In this document: positions 52,353 through 60,929 of the stretch, in pieces | Position numbering within the stretch: the stretch's first letter is position 1 | Layout: each line of letters opens with the position of its first letter | Assembly (NCBI GenBank): GCA_051953275.1 | Contig: JBQCIY010000056.1 | Coordinates: forward strand, 1,197 to 65,196 | Direction of reading: 5' to 3' | DNA length: 64,000 bases | Origin: Devosia sp. | GTDB taxonomy: Bacteria; Pseudomonadota; Alphaproteobacteria; Rhizobiales; Devosiaceae | Made by a program: the position numbers and the translations under genes | The notes under the pieces: generated by a model | The model's database searches: none | What the model saw: only the letters and a program-made list of their open reading frames with translations | Told to the model about the DNA's origin: nothing

Positions 52353-53206
52353 ATGGCGTTCTGGTCCGCGAGCGGCATGCCGCGGCGGACGTACCGGTTG
52401 ATCAGGGCGAAGACCTTCTCCGAGAGGAAGGTCACGAGGATATAGAAGACCAGCAGCACGAAATAGTAGCGCCAGCGCCAGTCGTTGTGGACGAGACCGA
52501 CGGCCGTCGAAAAATTGGCGGCGCCCAGCCGCTGTGCCCAGGTGACGAAGTCGAGGATCTGCAGCAGCGACAGCAGCGAAGTCGCCTTGACCAGCGACAT
52601 CCAGACGTTGGCGAGGCCGGGCATCGCATAGACCCACATCTGGCGGATGTGGATGCGGGTGATCACCTGCATGTTGGAAAGGCCATAGGCCCGCGCCGCT
52701 TCGAGCTGGCCCTTGGGCACGGCCTTGAGCGCGCCGGTGATGACATTGGCGGCGAACGCGCCATAGACGATCCCCAGCGAGACGCAGGCGAGGATCAGGT
52801 ACTGGAATGTCGTCACACTCCAGTTGGCGGCCGGGCAGGGCGGCCACGGCGCGGTCTGGGCAGCGATGGATTCGGGCGTGCAGACCTGGAACGACCAGAT
52901 CCACTCGACGAACTGCTCGAAGGCGAGCGGGAAGAAGAGGAAGAACAGGACGTCCGGCACGCCCCGGACGATGTTGGTGTAGGCGGCCGCGAGCAGGCGG
53001 AACGGCAGGGGGGCGCTGTGGCGGACCGCTGCGGCGAGAAGGCCGAGGACCAGGGCGATCAGTGCCCCGAAGACCATGGCGGCAAGGGTGTACTGGACGG
53101 ACTCGTACCAGGCGAGGTGCTTGCCGTTGGTGAGGTAGCCGATCCAGAACACGACGTTCGGACCGACCAGATCCTTCAGCCCTTGCGGCAGTACGTCAAC
53201 GAGCAT
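52349..53206 (-). CDS. Polar amino acid ABC transporter permease
   Basis: VRGVPD, GQLEAARAYG, LVKATSL. Confidence 0.9.
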   Translation of the reverse strand: MLVDVLPQGLKDLVGPNVVFWIGYLTNGKHLAWYESVQYTLAAMVFGALIALVLGLLAAAVRHSAPLPFRLLAAAYTNIVRGVPDVLFFLFFPLAFEQFVEWIWSFQVCTPESIAAQTAPWPPCPAANWSVTTFQYLILACVSLGIVYGAFAANVITGALKAVPKGQLEAARAYGLSNMQVITRIHIRQMWVYAMPGLANVWMSLVKATSLLSLLQILDFVTWAQRLGAANFSTAVGLVHNDWRWRYYFVLLVFYILVTFLSEKVFALINRYVRRGMPLADQNAI

Positions 53207-53263
53207 GCCCGCGCCCCCGGGAAAACGCGGCGGGCGAACCGGAGTCCGCCCGCCGGAGGAGGG

Positions 53264-54013
53264 TTACTTCCAGTACGGGGTCGGCCGGTTCGGGAAGTAC
53301 TTCTTGATCAGGGCGTCGAGGGAGCCGTCCTTCTTCATGGCCTCGAGCGCGGTGTTGAGCTTGGCCTTGAGGTCCGTATCGGACTTGCGCAGCCCGATGC
53401 CGGCGCCGATGCCAATCGGAATATCCGGCCCGTCGGATTTGAGCGCGCCGTTGGAGCCGGCGGCGGTCTCGACGGCGACCGACCCGTCGATCAGCACGAG
53501 GTCAATGTTACCGGCGTTGAGATCGGCGAGCTCCTGATCCTGGGTGTCGTATTTGAGGATCGTATTGTCGGCCTTGAGCTTGTCGTCGAGGTAGCCGGCC
53601 TGGATGGTCGCCGTCTGTGCGCCGATCTTCAAACCCTTAAGGTTGTTGTAGTCGACCGTCTTGTCGGCCTTGGCGAGATAGCGCGACGGATCGGGCGGGA
53701 AGTAGGGCTCGGTGAAGTCGATGGTCTTGGAGCGCTCGTCGGTGATGGTCATGTCATCGACGATGGCGTCGTAGTTGCCGGCCAGCAGGTTCGGGATGAT
53801 CGAATCCCAGTCGTTGGTGACGAACTGGCAGTCGTAGCTGATGCGCTTGCACAGTTCGTTGCTGACATCGACGTCGTAGCCGGCGAGTTTGCCGCTGTCG
53901 TCCATGAAATTGTAGGGCGGATAGCCGCCCTCGGTGCCGACCTTCAGCGTCGCCGCCTGGGCCCCCACGGTCAGCGCTGCGAGCGCAGCGGCGGCCAAAA
54001 TCAGCTTGTTCAT
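53264..54013 (-). CDS. Polar amino acid ABC transporter substrate-binding protein (SBP family 3)
   Basis: Signal peptide, VGTEGGYPPYN, GYDVD, WDSIIPNL. Confidence 0.92.
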   Translation of the reverse strand: MNKLILAAAALAALTVGAQAATLKVGTEGGYPPYNFMDDSGKLAGYDVDVSNELCKRISYDCQFVTNDWDSIIPNLLAGNYDAIVDDMTITDERSKTIDFTEPYFPPDPSRYLAKADKTVDYNNLKGLKIGAQTATIQAGYLDDKLKADNTILKYDTQDQELADLNAGNIDLVLIDGSVAVETAAGSNGALKSDGPDIPIGIGAGIGLRKSDTDLKAKLNTALEAMKKDGSLDALIKKYFPNRPTPYWK

Positions 54014-54102
54014 GAATGCGTTTCTCCTGATGTACGCCAATGGCCGCGTTCTTGGGCACGGCTCCACTATGTAGGCTTATCGCAAATGACGTATGCGTCA
54101 AT

Positions 54103-54897
54103 TCATGCGTGAGCGCTGGCATTGAGGAATTGCTTGAGACGCGCCGACCTGGTGGCGCCGAAAACCTGCTCCACCGGGCCTTCTTCCTCGATCTTGCCGG
54201 CGTGGAGAAACACCGCGCGGTCGCCGACCGAGCGCGCAAATTCCATATCGTGGGTGACGAGGATCATGGTCCGGCCCTCGTCGGCAAGCAGCTTGATGAC
54301 GCGCAGCACCTCGACTTCGAGTTCGGGGTCGAGCGCCGAGGTCGGCTCATCGAACAGCATGACGCGCGGATTGATGCACAGGGCGCGGGCGATGGCGGCG
54401 CGCTGCTGCTGGCCGCCGGAAAGTTGCGCTGGATAGCTGTCGGCTTTGTCGGCGATGCCGACTTTCTTGAGCATTTCCATGGCTTCGCCACGCACTTCGG
54501 CCTTTTCGCGCTTCTGCACGAGAACCGGCGCTTCCATGACGTTGCCGAGCACGGTCATGTGGCTCCACAGATTGAACTGCTGGAACACCATGCCGAGGCC
54601 GGACCTGATCCGCCGGATCTGCGCCTCGTCCGAGACTCGGCGGTGGGGCGGCGTCCCGGCAAGCGCTACGGCTTCGCCGGCGATCCGAACCGTGCCGCTG
54701 TCGGGGATTTCGAGCATGTTGATGCAGCGCAGCAGGGTAGATTTGCCCGAGCCGGAAGAGCCGATCAGCACCACCACTTCGCCCTCATGGGCAGTGAGCG
54801 ACACGCCCTTGAGCACCTCAACCTCGCCGAAACTCTTGTGGATCCGGTCGAGCTCGACCACGGGCATGCTGGAGCGGGGAGCGGCGGTCTCTGTCAT
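54103..54897 (-). CDS. Polar amino acid ABC transporter ATP-binding protein (HisP-like)
   Basis: GSSGSGKS, FQQFNLWSHM, LSGGQQQR, DEPTSALDPE. Confidence 0.93.
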   Translation of the reverse strand: MTETAAPRSSMPVVELDRIHKSFGEVEVLKGVSLTAHEGEVVVLIGSSGSGKSTLLRCINMLEIPDSGTVRIAGEAVALAGTPPHRRVSDEAQIRRIRSGLGMVFQQFNLWSHMTVLGNVMEAPVLVQKREKAEVRGEAMEMLKKVGIADKADSYPAQLSGGQQQRAAIARALCINPRVMLFDEPTSALDPELEVEVLRVIKLLADEGRTMILVTHDMEFARSVGDRAVFLHAGKIEEEGPVEQVFGATRSARLKQFLNASAHA

Positions 54898-54935
54898 GGG
54901 CCGGAACGTGACGGCAAGGCCCGCCGCTGGCAAGC

Positions 54936-54965
54936 AAAAACAAAAGGCGGTCCCGAAGGACCGCC
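54936..54965 (-). terminator. Rho-independent terminator downstream of phyR
   Basis: Minus strand GGCGGTCC-TTCG-GGACCGCC followed by TTTTGTTTTT. Confidence 0.85.
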
Positions 54966-55001
54966 AGGTGCAAGGAATCGGAAAAAAAAGTTCAGTCGGT
55001 T

Positions 55002-55796
55002 CTAGGCGGCGACCCGGGAGCCTTCGTCGAAAAAGAGCGCCTGGGAGATCAGCGCCTTCACCATATCCGGGTTGAAGGGCTTGGTGACGAGGAAGGTCGG
55101 TTCAGGCCGCTCGCCGGTCAGCAGGCGCTCGGGGAAGGCGGTGATGAAGATCACCGGCAGGGCCTCGGTCGAGAGGATGTCGTTGACCGCGTCGATACCG
55201 GAGGATCCGTCGGCAAGCTGGATATCGGCGAGGATCATCTTCGGATGGGTCTTGCCATACAGCGCGACAGCTTCCTTGTGGGTTCGGGCGATGCCGACGA
55301 CCTTGTGGCCGAGCGATTCGACCAACTGCTCGATATCCATGGCGATCAGCGGTTCGTCCTCGATGATGAGGATTTCGGTCGCTACCTGGCGCGAAATTTC
55401 GCGCGATGCCTGTTCGAGCAACTGGTTGAATTCGCCGTCGGAGATATCGAGGATCTCGGCAGCCTGCTCGTTGGTGAAGCCTTCGACGGCGACCAGCAGG
55501 AAGGCCTGGCGCGGCCGCGGGGCGAGATTGGCGAGGTTGCGTGCCGCGCGCTGTTCCCAGACGAAATGCGGCTGTGGCGCCGGAATACGCACCGCCGAGG
55601 ACGAAAACAGCTTCGAGAAGAGCTTGTAGATGGCGATGCGGTCGCTCGTGGCTTCGGGAAAGATCGAAACGTCGGCAATCAACGCTTCGAGCGTCGCCGC
55701 CACATAGGCGTCACCCGAGGTCTGCGAGCCGGTCACCGCACGCGAAAATCGGCGCAGATAGGGGAGATGCGGAGCAATCCGCGTGGACAAGGTCAT
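55002..55796 (-). CDS. phyR: PhyR anti-anti-sigma response regulator
   Basis: N-terminal sigma-like domain (LPYLRRFSRAVTGSQTSGD) plus receiver (IIEDE, ADIQLADGSSG, FITAFPERLLTGERPEP). Confidence 0.96.
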   Translation of the reverse strand: MTLSTRIAPHLPYLRRFSRAVTGSQTSGDAYVAATLEALIADVSIFPEATSDRIAIYKLFSKLFSSSAVRIPAPQPHFVWEQRAARNLANLAPRPRQAFLLVAVEGFTNEQAAEILDISDGEFNQLLEQASREISRQVATEILIIEDEPLIAMDIEQLVESLGHKVVGIARTHKEAVALYGKTHPKMILADIQLADGSSGIDAVNDILSTEALPVIFITAFPERLLTGERPEPTFLVTKPFNPDMVKALISQALFFDEGSRVAA

Positions 55797-55840
55797 AAAG
55801 AGGCTCCCTTTGACGCTATGTTGGTCAACCCAGTGTCCCA

Positions 55841-55865
55841 AACGAAGGATTCAGCATTTCGTTCC
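55841..55865 (-). promoter_or_regulatory. EcfG-type promoter for phyR
   Basis: GGAAC-N16-CGTT on the minus strand. Confidence 0.85.
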
Positions 55866-55872
55866 AGGCTTC

Positions 55873-55897
55873 GGAACTTTTCGATCAAACCCACATT
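55873..55897 (+). promoter_or_regulatory. EcfG-type promoter for nepR-ecfG
   Basis: GGAAC-N16-CATT. Confidence 0.75.
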
Positions 55898-55945
55898 TAT
55901 GCTAGCACGTCAGAGGCTAGCGTCACTCTGTCCAGGGTCCGGGTA

Positions 55946-56149
55946 GTGAAAGACAAGACGAAGATGAACGAAATGAGTGTACCGCGGGCGCGGCGCACGG
56001 ATGACGGGCTCGGGCCTAATTCCGATATCGGCGCAAAGCTTCGGGCCTTTTATGGAGCTGTCCAGGATCAACCGATCCCGGACAAGTTCCTGGATTTGCT
56101 GGAAAAACTCGATGAGGTCGAACAGGCCAGCAAACGAAAGAGCAGATAG
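55946..56149 (+). CDS. nepR: NepR anti-sigma factor
   Basis: IGAKLRAFYGAVQDQPIPDKFLDLLEKL; lies between phyR and the ECF sigma. Confidence 0.92.
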   Translation: MKDKTKMNEMSVPRARRTDDGLGPNSDIGAKLRAFYGAVQDQPIPDKFLDLLEKLDEVEQASKRKSR

Positions 56150-56152
56150 TTC

Positions 56153-56701
56153 ATGCAAGAGTCCCCGTCGTTCAAGAGGGAATTGCTGGCCACGTTGCCG
56201 TCGCTGCGCGCCTTTGCGGTGTCGCTGAGCGGACGACACGACCGGGCCGACGACCTGGTGCAGGACACCATGATGAAGGCCTGGGCCAAGCAGGACAGCT
56301 ACCAGATGGGCACCAACATCAAGGCCTGGCTGTTCACCATCCTGCGCAACGAGTTCTATTCGCAGATGCGCAAGCGCGGCCGCGAGGTGCAGGACACCGA
56401 CGGCGCGTTCACCGAACGCATGTCGGTCCATCCCAGCCAGTACGGCGTGCTCGACATGGCCGATTTCAAGAAGGCGCTCGATACGTTGCCGCCGGATCAG
56501 CGCGAGGCGATCATCCTGATCGGCGCTTCCGGTTTTTCGTATGAGGAAGCGGCCGAAATCTGCAAATGCGCGGTCGGGACGATGAAGAGCCGGGTCAGCC
56601 GTGCACGCACCCGGCTGCAGGACGTGCTGAAGATTTCGGGCGAGGCGGATTTCGGGCCGGACGCGGTTTCCGCGCAGGTCACGACACACACGCTCAGCTG
56701 A
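56153..56701 (+). CDS. ecfG: ECF sigma factor of the general stress response (EcfG/SigT/RpoE2)
   Basis: LRAFAVSL, ADDLVQDT, AWLFTILRN, GTMKSRVSRAR; synteny with nepR and phyR. Confidence 0.93.
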   Translation: MQESPSFKRELLATLPSLRAFAVSLSGRHDRADDLVQDTMMKAWAKQDSYQMGTNIKAWLFTILRNEFYSQMRKRGREVQDTDGAFTERMSVHPSQYGVLDMADFKKALDTLPPDQREAIILIGASGFSYEEAAEICKCAVGTMKSRVSRARTRLQDVLKISGEADFGPDAVSAQVTTHTLS

Positions 56702-57062
56702 CCCGAGATCGCAGGGCGCGGGCACAGGCCGCGACGAGTTCGTCATCGGAAAACGGCTTATCGACGATTTGGGCGCCCGCCAGAGGCGTGCCGGCCAAGG
56801 CTGCCGGGTTGCCGGTGCAGACGACGAGAGCGACGCCGGCAGCGGCCAGACGGCCCGCAATCTCGGCGTCGGCGGTCGCCGGGCGAGGGACCGAGACGAT
56901 GGCGAGATCGAAGTCGCTATAGCGGCTGCTCAGTTCCGCCACCTCGTCGTAGCTGCGGGCCAGCACGGATTGCCGCGCGCCAGCCTCTTCGACGATCCGC
57001 TGGATGTCGAGCGCAATGATGAACTCATCCTCTAGGACGAGCAGTCGTTTTCCTGAAAGCAC
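56694..57062 (-). CDS. Single-domain receiver protein, atypical
   Basis: LSGKRLLVLEDEFIIA, VCTG, KPF; the expected phospho-Asp reads DLAIVS. Confidence 0.8.
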   Translation of the reverse strand: MLSGKRLLVLEDEFIIALDIQRIVEEAGARQSVLARSYDEVAELSSRYSDFDLAIVSVPRPATADAEIAGRLAAAGVALVVCTGNPAALAGTPLAGAQIVDKPFSDDELVAACARALRSRVS

Positions 57063-57127
57063 GGGATTCCCTTACAAAGCTCGCCAGACAAGGGGCGGCC
57101 GGGGCCGAACCGTCATTTAAAAAAGAC

Positions 57128-57964
57128 ATGAAGGGCGGCGTGCAACCGCAAGCGAAGGGGTGGCGTTTGCCCCCGGATTTGCGGGATAACGCCGTGCAAA
57201 ACGAACCCGAGAGCGTCACTCTGCCCATCTCCGCCCGGCGCGTTTCCTGTCAGCAATGTCCCCTTCGGGCGATGCCCCAGTTCCGGGCATTCACGCCGGA
57301 GGAGTTGAAGTTCGTCGCCAATTTCAAACGCGGCGAGCTCGTTGCCGAGCCCGGATCGGTGATCCTCGCGGAGGGGGCGCACAGCGCGCAACTGTTCACG
57401 GTGCTCAGCGGCTGGGCCTTCCGGTACAAGTCGCTGGAGGACGGTCGCCGTCAGATTCTCAACTACTGCCTGCCGGGAGACCTGGTGGGGCTGCAGGGAT
57501 CGATGATCGGCGCGATGGACCATTCGGTCGAAGCCCTGTCGCCGGTGGTGTTGTGCGTGTTCCAGCGCGACCGGCTGGCTGACCTCTACAAGAGCCATCC
57601 GGGGCTGAGCTTCGATGTCACCTGGCTCGCCTCGCGCGAGGAAAGAATGCTCGACGAGAACCTGCTGAGCCTGGGGCGCCGAACGGCGATCGAGCGGGCG
57701 GCGTATCTGGTAGCGTTCCTCCACCAGCGAGCAACCACGGTGGGCCTGGCGGAGGACACGTCGCTGCTGATCCCGATTACGCAGCAGCACGTGGCCGATA
57801 CGCTGGGTCTGTCCATCGTGCACACCAACAAGACATTGAGGAAGCTCAGCGAAAAGAAGCTGATTCGCTGGCACGATCGGGCATGCGAGGTCCTCGATCC
57901 CCCGGGCTTGCTCGACGTCGCCGGGTGGACCGGGTTGCTGGAGGGCAAGCGGCCGCTGATCTAG
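57128..57964 (+). CDS. Crp/Fnr family transcriptional regulator
   Basis: DGRRQIL...PGDLVG, LGRRTAIER, TQQHVADTLGLSIVHTNKTL HTH. True start may be downstream (GTG 57193). Confidence 0.9.
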   Translation: MKGGVQPQAKGWRLPPDLRDNAVQNEPESVTLPISARRVSCQQCPLRAMPQFRAFTPEELKFVANFKRGELVAEPGSVILAEGAHSAQLFTVLSGWAFRYKSLEDGRRQILNYCLPGDLVGLQGSMIGAMDHSVEALSPVVLCVFQRDRLADLYKSHPGLSFDVTWLASREERMLDENLLSLGRRTAIERAAYLVAFLHQRATTVGLAEDTSLLIPITQQHVADTLGLSIVHTNKTLRKLSEKKLIRWHDRACEVLDPPGLLDVAGWTGLLEGKRPLI

Positions 57965-57981
57965 ACTGCCCAGGAGGGCCG

Positions 57982-58007
57982 GGAACAAACACCGGGTCGA
58001 CGTCGTT
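57982..58007 (+). promoter_or_regulatory. EcfG-type promoter for the lipid kinase gene
   Basis: GGAAC-N17-CGTT, 25 nt before the ATG. Confidence 0.78.
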
Positions 58008-58032
58008 TCCGGGCGGGGTCAGGGGCATTCTT

Positions 58033-58983
58033 ATGCGCGTCATCGGCGTGTTCAACCGCGACGGCGGTACGTTCAAGACCACGGACATGGACGCCTTCGC
58101 GGCCACGGCCGTTGAGGTTTTTGCTGCGCACGGTCATGCGCTCGAGGTCAGGGTCGTCGACGGCAAGAACCTGATCGCTGAACTCAAGCGCGCGGCAAGC
58201 GACGGGCAGATGCTGGTTGCCGGCGGCGGTGACGGGACGATTTCGGCTGCGGCGAGTGTCGCTTACGAAGCGGGCATTCCGCTTGGGGTGCTGCCGGCGG
58301 GCACGATGAATCTGTTCGCACGCTCGCTCGGCCTGCCGTTGCGGCCCGACGAGGCGCTGGAAGCGATCGCCGGCGGCGGCTTGCAGAGGGTGGACATTGC
58401 CACCGTCAACGGCCGGCCGTTCATCCACCAGTTCTCGGTGGGCATCCATCCCAAGCTGGTGAAGCTGCGCGGCCAACTGAGCTACAAGAGCCGCATCGGC
58501 AAGATGATCGCCTCGACGCGGGCGGCCTTCGGGGCGATCCTCAATCCACCGAGCTTTGCCGTCGACGTGCTCGCCAACGGTCGTCTGGAACGGCGATTTA
58601 CGGCTGGCCTGTCGGTGTCCAACAACCCATTCGACGAGGGGCACCTGCCGCTGGCGGACCATCTCGATCGCGGCGTGCTCGGGCTTTATTTCGTGCCGCC
58701 GCTCAGCCTGGGGGTTGCTTTCAGGCTGGCCTTTGGGCTGCTGCGGGGGAAGTTTCGCAGCCTGCCCGAAGTCGTCGAGAAAGAGGCGCGCGAAGCGACG
58801 ATCTTTTTCCCGCACAAGAAGTACGGCTCGGCGGGCGTCATCGATGGCGAGCTCATCACGCTGCCCGATCGGGTGGACCTGAAGATTCACCCGCAGGCGC
58901 TGCAGGTCGTCGTGCCCAAGGCTCCGGCGGCGTCGGCCGAGGAGGAGCGCGCGGCGCTCGCGAAGCTCCTCACTTCGGCATGA
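58033..58983 (+). CDS. Diacylglycerol/lipid kinase family protein
   Basis: AGGGDGTI, LPAGTMNLFARSL, IDGE. Confidence 0.88.
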   Translation: MRVIGVFNRDGGTFKTTDMDAFAATAVEVFAAHGHALEVRVVDGKNLIAELKRAASDGQMLVAGGGDGTISAAASVAYEAGIPLGVLPAGTMNLFARSLGLPLRPDEALEAIAGGGLQRVDIATVNGRPFIHQFSVGIHPKLVKLRGQLSYKSRIGKMIASTRAAFGAILNPPSFAVDVLANGRLERRFTAGLSVSNNPFDEGHLPLADHLDRGVLGLYFVPPLSLGVAFRLAFGLLRGKFRSLPEVVEKEAREATIFFPHKKYGSAGVIDGELITLPDRVDLKIHPQALQVVVPKAPAASAEEERAALAKLLTSA

Positions 58984-58984
58984 G

Positions 58985-59018
58985 AAAAGCCCCCTCCGCC
59001 GCAGCGGATGGGGGCTTC
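58985..59018. terminator. Hairpin terminator between convergent genes
   Basis: AAAAGCCCC-TCCGC-CGCA-GCGGA-TGGGGCTT imperfect inverted repeat. Confidence 0.65.
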
Positions 59019-59041
59019 GAATGCTTGGCAAGTCTTCGAGA

Positions 59042-59275
59042 TCAGAGGCTGTTGGCGCCGGCTTCCACCGGCTGCTCGCCGAGCTTGCGCAGGGCCTGCT
59101 CGATGGCCTTGAGGTCTTCGCCGTCGTCGCCGTCGACAGGGGTCATCCCTTCGGTGGCGCTCCGCTCCTTGCTGAGCGTATCGGCTTCGAGTTGGCGCAG
59201 GACTTCAATCTTTTCCTGGTCCGCGAGCTCGTCGTCCTTAAGGATCGTCACGATCTGCCGCTTGATGTGAGACAT
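59042..59275 (-). CDS. Small acidic hypothetical protein
   Basis: 77-aa ORF with GAGG SD, typical codon usage and an upstream EcfG promoter. Confidence 0.7.
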   Translation of the reverse strand: MSHIKRQIVTILKDDELADQEKIEVLRQLEADTLSKERSATEGMTPVDGDDGEDLKAIEQALRKLGEQPVEAGANSL

Positions 59276-59328
59276 GGCAAATCCTCTCGGTTGTTGCGGG
59301 GCGCCCCATGGCACCCCAAGCGAAAGGA

Positions 59329-59354
59329 AACGCCGAACCCGGAGGCCGGGTTCC
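59329..59354 (-). promoter_or_regulatory. EcfG-type promoter
   Basis: GGAAC-N17-CGTT on the minus strand. Confidence 0.78.
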
Positions 59355-59800
59355 TAGCTGCGGTGACGACGATCACCGGGCTTGCGCATCATCAGGGCCG
59401 AAGCAAGGGCGGCACCCGCCGGCAGTCCGATCTCCTTGAAGAGGGGCGAGCGCAGGATCAGGGGCACGGCAGTGATGATTGCGGTGGTGACCAGCGCGGT
59501 CATCTCTGCGCTTTTCTTGCGCTCGGCTTCGCGGCGCGCCGCGATGTTGTCCTGCAACTGCGAGACCAGGTAGATCGCAAGCGCGATCAACGCCGCTGCG
59601 ACGGCGATGATGAGCGGCGCAAGCACCGGCCCGACGATGTAGGCGAGAGCGGTGTCGGCGGCGACCAGCAGGAACGCGACGACGACAAGCCCCAGCGCGC
59701 CGATCAAGCCCCAGACGATAGCCTGGCGCTTGAGGTTGGCCGTCATCGAGCTGGCCTCTACCCCCAGCAGCGACAGCAGCGGGGTCAGCACGGCGAGCAT
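59354..59800 (-). CDS. Hypothetical membrane protein (YqjE/holin-like, partner of DUF883)
   Basis: Hydrophobic helices; directly downstream of the DUF883 gene. Confidence 0.65.
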   Translation of the reverse strand: MLAVLTPLLSLLGVEASSMTANLKRQAIVWGLIGALGLVVVAFLLVAADTALAYIVGPVLAPLIIAVAAALIALAIYLVSQLQDNIAARREAERKKSAEMTALVTTAIITAVPLILRSPLFKEIGLPAGAALASALMMRKPGDRRHRS

Positions 59801-59806
59801 GGCGTC

Positions 59807-60244
59807 TTACCGCGTGATGACAGCGAGGATGAAACCGAGAGCGATGGCGCCGGCCACCGCGGTCAGCGGCTTTTCGCGAATGGTGTCCTTGATCTGCCGC
59901 TCGAACGCGCCGAACTCGTCGGTCGCGCTTTCGAGCGCCGACTGCCCACGCGCGGCCAACTCGTCGGCACGCGCCCGGGCGGAGGATTTGAGCTCATTGC
60001 CGGCGGTGGCGCCCATCCGCTGCAGGGTGCTGGTGATCGACCTCAGGTCGGTCTGGAGCTGAGCGACCTGGTCCTCGAGGCTGTCGGCTTCGACTTCGAG
60101 CGCGGCGCTGCGGGCGCGGCTGCGCGAACGGGAGCCGGCGCGGCGTGCCGACGAGCGGGCAGAGCGCGCAGCCTGGGTAACGGTTGCCGCAGCAGCATGC
60201 GCGGCGCCACTGGCCGGAGCGGCCGTGTCTTCAGAGTCAGCCAT
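59807..60244 (-). CDS. DUF883 / ElaB-YqjD family tail-anchored protein
   Basis: C-terminal IREKPLTAVAGAIALGFILAVITR. Confidence 0.82.
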   Translation of the reverse strand: MADSEDTAAPASGAAHAAAATVTQAARSARSSARRAGSRSRSRARSAALEVEADSLEDQVAQLQTDLRSITSTLQRMGATAGNELKSSARARADELAARGQSALESATDEFGAFERQIKDTIREKPLTAVAGAIALGFILAVITR

Positions 60245-60279
60245 TTGCGATGTTCTCCTGGTTCGACGCTTTGGCCCAC

Positions 60280-60305
60280 AACGCGGTGCCCGGTGCGACA
60301 GTTCC
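60280..60305 (-). promoter_or_regulatory. EcfG-type promoter for the DUF883 operon
   Basis: GGAAC-N17-CGTT on the minus strand. Confidence 0.8.
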
Positions 60306-60337
60306 AGAAGCGGCCCCTGGAGGCATTGAGCGCGATC

Positions 60338-60377
60338 AAAGAAACACCCCGGTTCGCGGGGGAAGCGAACCGGGGTG
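60338..60377 (-). terminator. Rho-independent terminator after the DUF3309 gene
   Basis: Inverted repeat CACCCCGGTTCGC/GCGAACCGGGGTG followed by TTTCTTT on the minus strand. Confidence 0.75.
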
Positions 60378-60419
60378 GTTGAGCGGGTCGAAAGGGGGGC
60401 GACCTCGGACCCGCGAAGC

Positions 60420-60575
60420 TCAGATCCGTCCCATCAACACTAGGATGATGACGATCACGAGCACGACGCCGACGATACCGGATGGGAAGTATCCCCAGGA
60501 GCGGGAGTATCCCCAGCTCGGTATGGCGCCGATGAGAAGGAGGATGAGGATGACGATGAGGATTGTGCTGAGCAT
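60420..60575 (-). CDS. DUF3309 family small membrane protein
   Basis: MLSTILIVILILLLIGAIPSWGYSRSWGYFPSG... Confidence 0.88.
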   Translation of the reverse strand: MLSTILIVILILLLIGAIPSWGYSRSWGYFPSGIVGVVLVIVIILVLMGRI

Positions 60576-60609
60576 TTTCTTGTTCTTCTCCGGGGTTGAC
60601 GCTTCGGCC

Positions 60610-60777
60610 TCAGAAGGCGGCGAACAGGAGTGCGGCCGCGGCCGCGAGGATGCCGATCGCCGGGACCATGGCACCCAGCACCGCGCCCAGATGGATGCGC
60701 CCATCGTAGCCTTCCGGCGACCACGCCATGGCGGCCCGTCCAGCATGTTCGAGAGCGTTGATTTCCATCTGTGTCAT
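60610..60777 (-). CDS. Small hypothetical membrane protein (55 aa)
   Basis: MTQMEINALEH... with a hydrophobic C-terminus; AAGGA SD and an EcfG-like promoter upstream. Confidence 0.5.
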   Translation of the reverse strand: MTQMEINALEHAGRAAMAWSPEGYDGRIHLGAVLGAMVPAIGILAAAAALLFAAF

Positions 60778-60862
60778 CGCCTGAAATCCTTTGTCTTTTG
60801 GCCGGCAGGGAGGAGGACCGGTCTCCGCTTGGATCGCGCGCATGACTTGGCGCTGGCCAATT

Positions 60863-60888
60863 AACTGGCCGTTGGCGCTTCTGGTTCC
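60863..60888 (-). promoter_or_regulatory. Probable EcfG-type promoter
   Basis: GGAAC-N17-AGTT on the minus strand. Confidence 0.6.
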
Positions 60889-60929
60889 GTCGGTGAAAGT
60901 GAAATTGCGCTGGTAAGGCGACGGGCGCT

